A stretch of 64,000 bases of DNA from positions 127,866-191,865 of the forward strand of contig JAFULC010000044.1 in NCBI GenBank assembly GCA_017483305.1. The letters are read 5' to 3'. The position numbers and the translations under genes were made by a program. The notes under the pieces were generated by a model. That model was given only the letters and a program-made list of their open reading frames with translations. It was not told the origin of the DNA and ran no database searches. Shown piece by piece: positions 18,001 to 28,500 of the stretch. How positions within the stretch are numbered: position 1 is the stretch's first letter; each line of letters begins with the position of its first letter. The stretch is from Clostridia bacterium. Its GTDB lineage: Bacteria > Bacillota > Clostridia > Oscillospirales > CAG-272.

Positions 18001-20293
18001 CGCGGTTGTTAAAAACGAGGACGGAACCGTTTCCGTAAGGGTTACAACCCTGAGATCGGGCGGAACCGCAAGAAAGTGGTTAGGTGTTCAGCCCAACGCC
18101 TCTACGCCGACCGGAAAATACATGGTCATCAAGTACAGAACGAACGGACTTCCCACAAAAGGACATTTCTACGTCTATGCTACATCCGTCGGAAAGATCA
18201 AAAACGAAGACAACCGAATGTCCTCCGCCGGATTCGTGGGAGACGGAAACTGGCACACCCTTGTAATCGACCTTTCCTCCGCACCCGCGGCAGGAGCTAA
18301 CGCAAACTTCGATTATTGCATAACCGACGTACGTCTCCAGATGCTCGATCACCTTGCCGACGGAGAGGTCGTTGACTTCGAGTACATTGGCTTCTGCGAT
18401 AGCATCAACGACATCCCCCTCAGCGATGGCGAGCACCTCGAGTACAGCTGGCAGAAGTGGTCCGCCTCTGTCGACACCGTAACCATGGACGGACAGACTG
18501 CTGCCAAGAACAGCACTGGAGAAGTTCTCGGAGCATCTCAGCACGGTCTGTTGTCAGGCGGACAATGGGCTTGGAGCGGCGGTTGGTTTGCCATTGACGG
18601 ACAGTCCGCAAAAGAGGTCTCGGTCTGCATAACAGAAGAAGACGGCACAGCACATCGCACGACCGTCACCAAGGGTGCAACCAACACAAACGCCCCCAAC
18701 ACCTGGTGGGAGGCGACCGATATAACCAGCTATGTTAAAACAACCGACGGATATTCCGAGAGCACCGTCGGATACAGAGTTAACCTCTCCGCAAATCTTC
18801 TCGAATTCCTCGGACAGACAGTTTCGGTTTCTGTAAGAGCTCTCACAAGCGACGATCGCACCGTTACCGTTTACTCCGCATCCGTTTACGTTCCCATGTC
18901 TGCAACTCCCCAGTGGATCACGGGCATCGAGCTGCAGAAATACATCAACAACGCGTTCCACAGCAAGACACCCAATAGCGACGGATCCCTGACGCTTTCT
19001 GCTCAACCCGGCGCGGGAACCGACAACTATACCAACGAGCTTCAGAGCGAGCTCGCCGGTGTCAAGGCTCCCAGATACGCAATCATCAGATACAAGACCA
19101 CCAACAAGACCACGCTTGGTATGTATGCGCGCACAACGTCCAGCACGGGCTACGTGAAGCTGCATAGTTCCATAATCAACGACGGAAAGTGGCACACCGT
19201 AGTATTTGACCTTACAGCCAGCGGTCAGTACACCTTGGGAGAGGATATAACCTTCCTCCGCGTCGATCCTTGTCTGCTGCAGGGCGAATCGATCACCATT
19301 GATTACGTATACCTTTGCGACACGATAGGCGACTCTGGACTCGACTATAGCGTTGATCTTATAGAAAAGAACAACTCCTCCCTGAGCTCCAGCATGGGAA
19401 CAATAGACAGAACTCCCGACGGCCTCAGGATCACAAGTGCCGGATTTACCGCGGACGCTACGAGAATGAGCATCAATCTCAACGGTGCAACGACAGGCAA
19501 GTATCTCGTCCTGAGATACAGATACGCTGCCACCAACCAGAAGAACGCCGGTCTGCCCTACATCAACGTATGGACCTCCACGATAAACGGCGGAGCGACC
19601 GCCGGTGACAACCAGCAGGCAAACGTCCTTGCAGACGGAAGATGGCACACCGTAGTTGTAGATATCTCGAAGAATAAGACTGTAACCGCAAACGATGATG
19701 GAACTTATTCTCTTAAGTACCTCTCGCTTGACGTATTCTCCCCTGCTTCAGCTTGCGCAGGCGATTATCTTGATATCTCCTATATCGGATTCTCCGATGA
19801 TTTCAACGAAATAGCAGATGAGTTCGGCGAGACCAAGTATAGCGTTGCTTATCAGCTTAACAACAACGGAACACTCGGATCCGGTCAGGTTCACTCCTGG
19901 ATGTCCAGCTCTACGACCGTTACCAGATCTAAGACAGCGACAAGCAACATCACCGGTTTCGCAACCGTGAACGGCAAGATCACAGACGTCTATTACCAGA
20001 TCGTCGCTGCTGACGGAAGCACTGCGGGATGGACCAACGCTACAAGCGGAATCTTCAACCCCGGAGACGACGGCTACGAAACGTACAACAGCCAATCCGG
20101 AACAGCGCAGACAATCTGGCTGGGTGCGGGCGGCAGCATCGAGAATGCGGCAACCTTTGAGATCCCCGCATCCGCGCTCGAGGGATATTCTGCAGGAGAC
20201 GTTATCACCGTCCTTGTCGCGGTCAAAACCACCGACATGGTCGAAGGATCCTTCGCAGTTCTCGTATCCTGCACGATGATCTTCACCGAATAA
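15017..20293 (+). CDS. Giant secreted multi-module protein, paralogue 1 (1758 aa)
   Basis: Signal peptide MKKFFAKALAILLVCLFALSAVNFS. A ~330-aa N-domain is shared with paralogues 2 and 3. Then come alternating modules (TGKYMVIKYRT...DGKWHTLVIDL...DIAYIGFCED, and W.ASVDS...GW..V.....YC.TEEDGTEHW...GQTV..SVRA). No recognisable wall or membrane anchor. Confidence 0.85.
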   Translation: MKKFFAKALAILLVCLFALSAVNFSIIADDSSPLGEKLAAMNVKIRGSNRLMFYFTNIDNVEFFEVKIPQANGSVEAFKIYKNRLTYEKEKDRYLLEVPVAAAQLSDQVTIQAFDAAGKAGKLRSYSIKDYADQLFELAGTNPDNANYVNAAKAVEAMLNYGAMAQIFFDYETDNLANAGLNTDSITSGGIYGVDSSYHDPIDNIKFTEVSAYLEDTVSLRFYFEYTGTRKDSPKELSVKIEGTEYKNEVIRDSNGKYYILISNIPASLFNKQYEVCLSEDGTNYASIRYSVFNYLQAKLEIDDSQKFEDLAHSAFDFYVWTNQYRGSGSAETESVTVNAANGFGYTVSGGRVNGTNNNGALADDKTGFTANKGETITIKVNSLPSSETYSFKLYASDEVKVTVAGSSYDLSAGENTIDLTNPTATEIKVEAVNGSTFVLFSCDTSSNDTGYSDMSSIDFSNRNNLDFIESVNNADLSYDFTKEAAKLNVSATGLQFAIKAPEGASVTAGNYAYIEFTYMIPASSKFVATQNISCRVGANTIDLGTAALTADGRWHTAKIDISSFAPSLAGSIDSLCLIFVNDDLSAGHEFYLKSLNLKEATDTSISIVDDLLGKLTDGELDIATRDNNGNVTDTLAVNKNSSIENCDGYFTRIVVGNGAEVTKDDDSVTYDRYVGFTLGGETVTGKYMVIKYRTDAIPQRVRFEVFATVGENTISGFDNPEKECGGHAYGVVSDGKWHTLVIDLAEISADVKAAGDEVKLNDVRIDLFDCFNTGDIIDIAYIGFCEDINAFRATLDEGEYLEFSDCEWHASVDSIKTDEIKKTSTGLGYDFGANHLESASNRVAVTLNGSVWTFAGWFIVGNQKVSNLQYCVTEEDGTEHWFTVHESTSGANRYCKAEQEVINYVANTYGFENSGDAKRLYMQTDLLKYAGQTVRISVRATTEDGNAVMLYTAEVKVTAPKYNSLNYVLTGDELYREMFGGDHDAIGQINQVPHAVVKNEDGTVSVRVTTLRSGGTARKWLGVQPNASTPTGKYMVIKYRTNGLPTKGHFYVYATSVGKIKNEDNRMSSAGFVGDGNWHTLVIDLSSAPAAGANANFDYCITDVRLQMLDHLADGEVVDFEYIGFCDSINDIPLSDGEHLEYSWQKWSASVDTVTMDGQTAAKNSTGEVLGASQHGLLSGGQWAWSGGWFAIDGQSAKEVSVCITEEDGTAHRTTVTKGATNTNAPNTWWEATDITSYVKTTDGYSESTVGYRVNLSANLLEFLGQTVSVSVRALTSDDRTVTVYSASVYVPMSATPQWITGIELQKYINNAFHSKTPNSDGSLTLSAQPGAGTDNYTNELQSELAGVKAPRYAIIRYKTTNKTTLGMYARTTSSTGYVKLHSSIINDGKWHTVVFDLTASGQYTLGEDITFLRVDPCLLQGESITIDYVYLCDTIGDSGLDYSVDLIEKNNSSLSSSMGTIDRTPDGLRITSAGFTADATRMSINLNGATTGKYLVLRYRYAATNQKNAGLPYINVWTSTINGGATAGDNQQANVLADGRWHTVVVDISKNKTVTANDDGTYSLKYLSLDVFSPASACAGDYLDISYIGFSDDFNEIADEFGETKYSVAYQLNNNGTLGSGQVHSWMSSSTTVTRSKTATSNITGFATVNGKITDVYYQIVAADGSTAGWTNATSGIFNPGDDGYETYNSQSGTAQTIWLGAGGSIENAATFEIPASALEGYSAGDVITVLVAVKTTDMVEGSFAVLVSCTMIFTE

Positions 20294-20320
20294 CAAAAAA
20301 CGATCAAATCGTTAAAAATA

Positions 20321-20352
20321 AAGCATCCGCCCACACGTGGGTGGATGCTTTT
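20321..20352 (+). terminator. First terminator hairpin after giant gene 1
   Basis: AGCATCCGCCCAC-acgt-GTGGGTGGATGCT followed by TTT. Confidence 0.65.
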
Positions 20353-20369
20353 ACTATATATGCATACGA

Positions 20370-20397
20370 GAGCCCTGACAAAGCAGGGCTCTTTTTT
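20370..20397 (+). terminator. Second terminator after giant gene 1
   Basis: GAGCCCTG-acaaag-CAGGGCTC followed by TTTTTT. Confidence 0.8.
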
Positions 20398-20531
20398 ATA
20401 AGCCGCACCTTGTTTCAAAAGCAACAAAAGGCTTTTTGCACAAAAAAGGAAGTTTTTTAGGGCTAAAAGGGTCGATTTTATGAAAATTGTTATACAAAAT
20501 ATACAAATCGTGCTAAATTTAGCCAAATCGC

Positions 20532-20560
20532 TTGACTTTTTTGAGATGCCATTGTATAAT
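20532..20560 (+). promoter_or_regulatory. Sigma-A promoter of giant protein 2 (TTGACT-17-TATAAT)
   Basis: -35 at 20532-20537 and -10 at 20555-20560. Confidence 0.75.
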
Positions 20561-20644
20561 ATTTAATGTAGCGTCGCACGCTTACGGATGAACCTGCGTT
20601 CTCACACATCGTGCGATGCAAACTATTTTAACGAGAGGTGGATT

Positions 20645-23600
20645 ATGAAAAAAATTTTCGCAAAATCCCTTGCCGTTTTGCTTGTTTGTCTGTTCGTAAT
20701 ATCGGGCATTAATTTCTCGATATCTGCGGCAACAACCACCGACCACGGTGAAACGCTTTCGGCAATGAACATCAGTATATCGGGAAATATATCCTTGATG
20801 TTCTACTTCAAAAACCTGGATAATGTTTCTTATTTCCAGGTAACCGTTCCTCAGAAGGACGGCTCTGACAAGGTTACTACGGTCGACAAGAACGACCTTA
20901 AGTACGATTCCTCTACGGGCAGATATCTGCTTACCGTCAAGCTTCCTGCCGCGCAGCAAGCAGACCTCGTTACCGTGCAGGCATTCAACTCTGCCGGACA
21001 GGGCGGCAAGATCCGCCAGCATTCTGTCAAGGGCTACGCTGAGAAGCTTTTTGCACTCGGACGCTCGGATGCTACGTATCTCGCAGCGGTCGAGGCGGTT
21101 AAGTTCATGCTTAACTACGGTGCAATGGCGCAGAGGTATTTTAACCACAATACGTCCTCGCTTGCAAACGACGGATTGTACTACAGAAGCACCAACCCCC
21201 TTGACGCCATGAATTACGAGGACCTTTACGGTATTACGGATTCTTCGTATGTGACCGCAGGCTCAGGTGTAGCCATCTCAAACGTAAACGCTTATCTTGA
21301 AGACACCGTATCCATTCGTTGCTATATCGATTTGACCGGTTACTCGGGTACTGTTAATGATCTTTCGGTAGCGATAAACGGAACTCTCTATGACAACCAA
21401 ATCTTGCAAGACGAAACGGGATATTACGTTCTTATAAACAACATCCCCGCAACTAAGTTCAACACACGGTACAAGGTTGCCGTCGGCGACGGAACAAACA
21501 TAGCAGAGGTCGAGTACAGCGTTCTCAACTACCTGCAAGCAAGACTTGCCAAGACCGATGACGAGAACCTCAAGAACGTCGCTTACTCAATGTTCCAGTT
21601 CTACGTTGCGACATCCAAATATGTCGGCAACACCGTTACCGGTGCAGATGCACACACGACCGCGTGCAGACACGACCGCACATATATCGATATACATCTT
21701 GGCAACAAGATCCTCTGCTCAGACTGCAGCGGCGACCGCGGCACCTCCGGCACGTATAATCTGAACGGTTCCACTGTAACCACCAACAGCGGTATGTCCT
21801 ACACCGTTGGCGGCGGCAACTTCGAGGCTGATGCAGAAGATGGTATGTTTATCCCCTACGGAAGCACGATGAATCTTACGGGAAGTGCGATTACAAGCTC
21901 CTATACAACCAACTATTTCACGTTGAATTATTATGCATCGGCTCCCGTCAAGGTTACGTTGAATTACACTTATGGATCAAACGGACAGAATTCCGCTTCA
22001 GAATATTATTATCTTGAAGCGGGAGAAAATATGTTCTCTGCATTCGAATACAGCGCTTTTGCATACGCCACGGCTTACAGCACCGCTACAAGCGCAAACC
22101 CGCAGAGAGATAAACAGCAAAATTACGGCAGCTACACAAACTTCACTCTTAAATCGATCGACGTTACGCCTTTGACAGAGGACGGTGCAAGCTTTGTTCT
22201 GTTTAACTATTCCAACGAAGGCAAAACTACTACTGTTACGAAAAAGACCATAAGTGGCGCCAACACTGTTTATCATAGCTTTGTCTACGCCGAAAACAGC
22301 CGTTACAAGCTCGGTATATCTCTTACCTACGGTGGAGCTGTAACAGAGCTCTACGATCTTGCCGCAGGCACCAGCACCTCGGACAGCACTAACGGCAAGA
22401 TCACCAAGAACACAAACCTCATCAACAACTACGATACAGGTCGTCTTATCCAGCAGTCCTATTACGGAACACTTGGAGAAAACGACGACTACGTTCCGAG
22501 ATATTACTCTCCTGACGGCATATGTAAGTGGCACTACAACCCCGTACAGGCGGGCGATGAGTACCAAAACAGAGCTCGTCTTATAGATCTCGAAACCGGC
22601 ACAGATGCAAGCGGAAATCCCTATGTATACGTAAAGGTACAGCCTTACGACTGGGCGGGCGAAGAAGTGTCCGAGTGGAATTCCGACGGAACACCGAAAA
22701 CAACTCAAAAAGCCTCCAGCGGTCGCTTCACCGAGTGTTATATGGAAAACCGTTATACCCTCGCAGGCGATTACATCCAGGTTGACAATAGGATGGTAGA
22801 CTTCTCTGGATACGATCATCCCTTCACCGGCCAGGAGCTTCCTGCGTTCTATACTCTTGCATACTTTAACGATTACTACTGGTACAGCGGAAGCAACCCT
22901 TGGACAAACGACACTCTCACTCTCGAGGAAGATCTTCCCTTCTGGGGTTATTTAGCCAATGCTAGCAGGACCACGTTTAACTATCAAGCAAGTAACACGG
23001 AAACATGGGGCGCATTTGTAGACGATTCGACGGGATACGGACTTGGTATGTACGTCCCCAACACCGACATCTTCAAGGGCGGTATTACCACATCCAGCAA
23101 CAACGGATCAAGTGACTCCGATTGGAAGTCGACCAGCTCAACGGTTGTTGCGTCCAGTTACTTTACCGCACAAAAGATACTGAAGATGGTTTGCTATGAG
23201 CCTATAGAATACAGTTATTTGATTTGTGCGGGCAACATTTCGGCTATTCGTAGCACCTTCACTGCAAATAAGGATTTCGCAAGCAATATTTCTCTTAACA
23301 AAAACGACATTCCCCAGAAGCTTCCCGACGAGCAGGATATGACCTCCATAGATTTCTCGGTTGAGGATAATCTTCTGTTCCTCCAAAGCGTGAACAATGC
23401 TGTTCCCACTTACGACGACATCCAGAAAGCCGCAAAGCTTACCGTTGAGGGTGACGACTCGTATTTCCACATAACTTATAATCTGTACGACACCGTATAT
23501 ACAACCACAAATTACAGTTGTATCGAATTCGAGTACATGATTCCCGCTGACTCCAATCTGTATCCTTACGGAATGGTAAGCGGTCAGGAGCTGTACTATC

Positions 23601-25291
23601 AGGTCGGAACAAACGAGCTTCCCAGCGCAAGTGCTTGGGCAGGCAACCCTGTAACGCTCATTGCCGACGGACAGTACCATACCGCGAAGATCTATACTGC
23701 AAATCTCTCCGGTTGGTCAGGCCAGCTCAATTCGCTGAGAATAGACTTCCTCAACGACGGAATCACGTCGGGTCAGGTAATGTATCTCAAGTCCTTCAGC
23801 ATCACAAACTCGGTTGAAACCAACGCTAATAGCCAGTACGTTACTAATCTCGAGCATAGCTACGTCGGTGCGGAGCTCGCTACGCAGATCTCCGACGGAG
23901 GTTGGGAGCCCGTAGACAGCGTTCCAATGTCCAGCGTTCTTGACGATGACTTTGTAAGAGTAATCAGCGGAAACGGCAGCGACAGATACTTCGGTCTTAT
24001 TCCCGGCGGCTCTGTCGTAACAGGTCAGTACATGGTTGTTAGATATAGAACCTCCGCCACCCCGACTTCCGGTGGTATGAACGTATTTGTAACCGCTAAC
24101 ACTACCGAGATCTCCGGAAGCGGTGACGTTTTCACGGCATACGGCCTTGTAGGAGACGGAAGATGGCACACTCTTGTAATAGACCTCACCAACTCCAGCA
24201 AGGTTGTTCAAAAGAACGGAAAGTACTACATCAATCAGGCAAGATTGGATATGTTCAATGCTTTGCCCGCGGGAGCCGTGGTTGACTTCGCATACATAGG
24301 ATTCTGCGACAGTCTCAGCGACGTTAAGGTTCCTGACGGCGAATACGTTTCCTATTCTTCAGATATCTGGACCAGCGCAATAGACAGTATGGTCATTGAC
24401 AATTCTTCTGTACTTAGCGCAAGCGGCAAGGATTATGCGACAGGCGCAACCCATGCGGCTACAATAGGCGGAAACGTTCTCAAATACGGCGGATGGTTTG
24501 CCGTTGCAAATCAGGATATTACAGACGTCAGCTATTGTGTAGTTGATGAGGGCGGCGTCGAGCACTGGACGGCTCTTCCCTTCGATAACCAGAGCGGATT
24601 TGTGCTGAACGTTCACGGTTGGTATACCGGAGAAGAAGGCGTTCAAAACGCTGTTGCACCATACAATGCAACCGGATACAGACTTTACGCCAACATCGAC
24701 CTCGGGGAATATGCCGGTCAAACGGTACAGGTTTCTATAAGAGCAATTACCAGCGACGGCAGAGAGGTTGTTCTCCTCGCCACAGACGTATTGGTTAAGG
24801 AATACGTTCAGGTCGATGCGCATTGGAATATGAATGTTGATTCTCTTCTTTACGCTCTTGGAGACGCGTCTACGGGATGGAACGGTCTTACTGTTGCCTC
24901 CGGTGTCGCGAATTCCGATGTGGCTGACAGCTGGGCACCCACCGTAACTGCTAATTACATAGCACTCATGGCGACTGATGGAACAAACGGCGGTTGGGTT
25001 GCGGTTCACGAATATGATCTGTCAGGAATGTCTTATGTCGCATACAAATCCAACGGAACGACGCTTGTATCCGGCGGCTGCGACTTAGCCGTCGCAGAGC
25101 AAGAGGTACAGGACAATGCAGCATCATTGGGATATACCAATTTCACTGCATACAGAGTTCTTTCGCCTGTCATCGACCTTACCGGTGCTGCGGGAGACAC
25201 TGTAACCGTGAAGTTCTTTGTTACACTTACGGACGTTAACACTGATCCTGTAAATGTTCTTACTGTAACTGTTAACGTTCCCGCAGCTTAA
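20645..25291 (+). CDS. Giant secreted multi-module protein, paralogue 2 (1548 aa) with a central ~330-aa globular core
   Basis: Start at MKKIFAKSLAVLLVCLFVISGINFS (GAGAGGTGG RBS), not the track's 20588. It has the shared N-domain, a C.H...C..C motif, the core KLGISLTYGGAVTELYDL...DTGRLIQQSYYG...WHYNPVQAGD, then KY..V.YRT modules. Confidence 0.85.
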   Translation: MKKIFAKSLAVLLVCLFVISGINFSISAATTTDHGETLSAMNISISGNISLMFYFKNLDNVSYFQVTVPQKDGSDKVTTVDKNDLKYDSSTGRYLLTVKLPAAQQADLVTVQAFNSAGQGGKIRQHSVKGYAEKLFALGRSDATYLAAVEAVKFMLNYGAMAQRYFNHNTSSLANDGLYYRSTNPLDAMNYEDLYGITDSSYVTAGSGVAISNVNAYLEDTVSIRCYIDLTGYSGTVNDLSVAINGTLYDNQILQDETGYYVLINNIPATKFNTRYKVAVGDGTNIAEVEYSVLNYLQARLAKTDDENLKNVAYSMFQFYVATSKYVGNTVTGADAHTTACRHDRTYIDIHLGNKILCSDCSGDRGTSGTYNLNGSTVTTNSGMSYTVGGGNFEADAEDGMFIPYGSTMNLTGSAITSSYTTNYFTLNYYASAPVKVTLNYTYGSNGQNSASEYYYLEAGENMFSAFEYSAFAYATAYSTATSANPQRDKQQNYGSYTNFTLKSIDVTPLTEDGASFVLFNYSNEGKTTTVTKKTISGANTVYHSFVYAENSRYKLGISLTYGGAVTELYDLAAGTSTSDSTNGKITKNTNLINNYDTGRLIQQSYYGTLGENDDYVPRYYSPDGICKWHYNPVQAGDEYQNRARLIDLETGTDASGNPYVYVKVQPYDWAGEEVSEWNSDGTPKTTQKASSGRFTECYMENRYTLAGDYIQVDNRMVDFSGYDHPFTGQELPAFYTLAYFNDYYWYSGSNPWTNDTLTLEEDLPFWGYLANASRTTFNYQASNTETWGAFVDDSTGYGLGMYVPNTDIFKGGITTSSNNGSSDSDWKSTSSTVVASSYFTAQKILKMVCYEPIEYSYLICAGNISAIRSTFTANKDFASNISLNKNDIPQKLPDEQDMTSIDFSVEDNLLFLQSVNNAVPTYDDIQKAAKLTVEGDDSYFHITYNLYDTVYTTTNYSCIEFEYMIPADSNLYPYGMVSGQELYYQVGTNELPSASAWAGNPVTLIADGQYHTAKIYTANLSGWSGQLNSLRIDFLNDGITSGQVMYLKSFSITNSVETNANSQYVTNLEHSYVGAELATQISDGGWEPVDSVPMSSVLDDDFVRVISGNGSDRYFGLIPGGSVVTGQYMVVRYRTSATPTSGGMNVFVTANTTEISGSGDVFTAYGLVGDGRWHTLVIDLTNSSKVVQKNGKYYINQARLDMFNALPAGAVVDFAYIGFCDSLSDVKVPDGEYVSYSSDIWTSAIDSMVIDNSSVLSASGKDYATGATHAATIGGNVLKYGGWFAVANQDITDVSYCVVDEGGVEHWTALPFDNQSGFVLNVHGWYTGEEGVQNAVAPYNATGYRLYANIDLGEYAGQTVQVSIRAITSDGREVVLLATDVLVKEYVQVDAHWNMNVDSLLYALGDASTGWNGLTVASGVANSDVADSWAPTVTANYIALMATDGTNGGWVAVHEYDLSGMSYVAYKSNGTTLVSGGCDLAVAEQEVQDNAASLGYTNFTAYRVLSPVIDLTGAAGDTVTVKFFVTLTDVNTDPVNVLTVTVNVPAA

Positions 25292-25315
25292 TGCTATTTT
25301 CAAGCATTAACAAAT

Positions 25316-25355
25316 AAAAAACAGGAGCCCCGCTTCGGCGGGGCTCCTGTTTTTG
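25316..25355 (+). terminator. Terminator after giant gene 2
   Basis: AAAAA-ACAGGAGCCCCGC-ttcg-GCGGGGCTCCTGT-TTTTT. Confidence 0.9.
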
Positions 25356-25482
25356 ATCCTGTATGGTGCGATGGCTTTTTGTAATTCAAAAAACAAGAAG
25401 GCAGGTCGCCATAGTCTTGTTGACAAATACCAACAAGCTCCATCAAATTGACCGATTTAAATGTTAATATTTTACAAAGCGC

Positions 25483-25511
25483 TTGATTTTTCCTTCAAAT
25501 TAGTATATAAT
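25483..25511 (+). promoter_or_regulatory. Sigma-A promoter of giant protein 3 (TTGATT-17-TATAAT)
   Basis: -35 at 25483-25488 and -10 at 25506-25511. Confidence 0.7.
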
Positions 25512-25595
25512 ATATAGGCAAGCGGCGCGCATCGTTCTATTTTTCTTTTGGAAGCGTAGCCGTATAATCAAATTAATTAAAAGAAGAGGTAGCAC

Positions 25596-28500
25596 ATGAA
25601 GAAACTTATCACAAAAGCGCTTGCCGTACTGCTGATATGTTTATTTGTGATATCGGGCTTCAATTTCTCGATATTGGCAGACAACACAGTACAGACGGAC
25701 GAAAAGCTTGCTGCAATAAACCTCGGTATATCGGGCAAGATATCGCTGATGTTCTATTTTACCAACATAGACGAGATTTCCGGCTTCAGAGTCACGGTCG
25801 GCTCGGGGGAGGTATCCTTTGTTGACAAGAGCGAGCTGAAATACGACTCTGCCAAAGGCAGATATCTGCTCACCGTCAAGCTTGCCGCGGCGCAACAGAC
25901 CGACTTAGTCACCCTTCAGGCGATCGACAAAAACGGCAATGCAAGCTCGACAGTCCGCCAGTATTCTATAAGAGATTATGCCAATAAGCTTTTGAACTTG
26001 GCAAGCTCCAATTCCGCATACGCTGTAGCGGCTGAGACGGTCAAGTTTATGCTCAATTACGGAGCTATGGCTCAAAAGCACTTTAACTATAACGCAGGTA
26101 ATCTCGCCAACGAGGGCTTGTATTACCGCGGCACCAATCCCGTTGATGACATGTCGTATGAGGATATGTACGGTATTGCAGCCCCCTCATCCTACCCATT
26201 AAAGGAAAACGCGTCGCAAAAGCCTATTTGGGACGTTATCCACTTTACTCACGTAAACGCGTATCTTGAGGACACGGTGTCTCTGCGTTTCTATTTCGAG
26301 TACAATGGCACAAAGGAGCTTGAGGTTTGGATCGGATATATAGACAGCAACGGTAATACCGCCGACTCTACCAAGTATGAAAATGAGATTCTTCAGGACG
26401 AAAACGGAGATTATTACGTTCTCATAAACAATATCCCCTCTACATGCTTCAACAAGCAATATTCTGTTCTGATAAGCGAAGGCACGGACAACTATGCAGT
26501 AATGAATTACAGCGTGCTCAACTACGTTCAGGCGGCTCTTGCAAGCACGGATAGCGAAACCTTGAGAAACGTTGCGTATTCGATGTTCCAATTCTACGTC
26601 TGCTCCTCCGCGTATGCAGGCACCCCCGCCCCTGGATTTACTGCTATGTCGAGCGCGTGCTCGCACGAGCGCACGTATACCGATGCGCATCTCGGCAACG
26701 CGGTTCTCTGCTCCGACTGTGCGTATAACAAGGGAGCTTCGGGATATTTCAATCTGGAAGGCAATACTATTACCGCAAACAGGGGTACTGCAAACGAGTT
26801 CGCATATCAGGCAACGGGTTATACAGAAGCCTACGGAGAAACCGGTCTGTACGTTCCCGCAGGCCAAAAGCTGGTTATTACAGGCGACAAAATTTACAGC
26901 TCAACCTTAACAAACCGTTTTCACCTGCAATACTATGCTTCAGTTCCCGTTAAGCTTACCATGACATATTCTCACGGAGGCACCACAACAGACGAGATCT
27001 ACTATATGGAAGCCGGCGAAAACACTTTTTCTGCTGTTGATTACAGCTTCCTTGCTTCCAACGGCGGAGGTGCAGAGAATGATAAGGTCACTTACTATAA
27101 AGACTCCTCAAACTTCACGCTGAGTAAAATTACCGTTGAGCCCGTAGAAAGCGGCAAGGATATGAACTTTGTTCTGTTCCATTACTATGCCGAAACAGTA
27201 AATCCCTCTTTGACTCAGGTTAAATACAACGAAAAAACCTGCTATTTGTCGTACGTGCAGGATGCACACTACAAGCTTGGCATCAATCTCACCTGGGGAG
27301 GCGCTATATCCGAGCTTTACGATCTGACCGCAAGCAGCGGAAGCATCAACTCGGGCACAAACCTTATCAATGCGAGCGATACGGGTCGTCTTATCCAGCA
27401 GTCCTATTACGGAACTAACGGAGACAGCGATCCCAATTATACTCCGCACTATTGGAAATCGAGAGACGATCTGCCCTATGCAAAGTGGTCCTACAACCCC
27501 GTTCAGGGCGGAGATGCCAATAACAACCAAAGCCGAATCATTGACTTTGAGACGGGATCCGATTACATTTACATAAAGGCTCAGCCTCTAGACTGGGCAA
27601 ACCATGTGCTCAACGCAAACGGAACATATACACAGACAGATTCCCGTTTCACTTTCTGCTATATTGAAAACCGCTACACGCTCAAGGGTGACTACATTCA
27701 GGTCGACAACAGAATGGTCGATTTTTCGGGATACACTCACCCCTATACAACGCAGGAGCTTCCTGCATTCTACACTCTCGCGTACTTTGACGACTATTAT
27801 TGGTACAACGGATCGGATCCTTGGAATCTGACGAGCGGAACCGCCAACCTGACACGCGAGGATAATCTTCCCTTCTGGGGCGACACTGCGAAGTTCGCTG
27901 AAACCACATTCAATTATCAAGTGAGCAACACGGAGACCTGGGGCGCATTCGTAAACGAAAGCACTCTGTACGGTCTCGGTATGTACGTGCCCAATATAGA
28001 TGTAATAAAGGGCGGAAGACTTGACGGATCGGAAGAAAACAAGGTCGCGGACGCAACCTCCGGTTACACCAGCTACTTTGCTCCCCTGAAAACCTTAAAG
28101 ATAGTCTGCTATGAGCCTATCGAATACAGCTATCTGCTCTGCGCGGGTAATATTAATACGATCCGTAGCGTTTTCACTGCAAATCAGAATTTTGCAAGCA
28201 ACTATTCGCTCAACGAGAACTCTATTTCTCAGAAGATCCCTGACGAGATCAATCTTGAGTATATTGATTTCTCGGACAAAACCAACGCGTTATTCGTCCG
28301 TGATATGACCAACACGATCTCCTCATTTGATGCGTCCGTTGGAGCCGTCAGACTCGACGTGACCGCGGGAGACCCGTATTTCCATCTCAACTACTCATTG
28401 TATGACACGGTATATACCGCAGACAACTATGATTACATAGAATTCGAGTATATGATCCCCGCAGGCGTTGCGGGCAGAAATTATCAGGCACAGCTTTTCT

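Noticed and set aside
20588-20644. 19-codon N-terminal extension of giant protein 2. The same issue applies to 33326-33418 for serC, 45196-45297 for the XRE gene, 47972-48076 for the membrane protein and 38423-38461 for the thioesterase.
   Set aside because: The extensions run through promoters, terminators or the upstream gene. Internal starts have proper RBSs and begin the signal peptide or conserved N-terminus.
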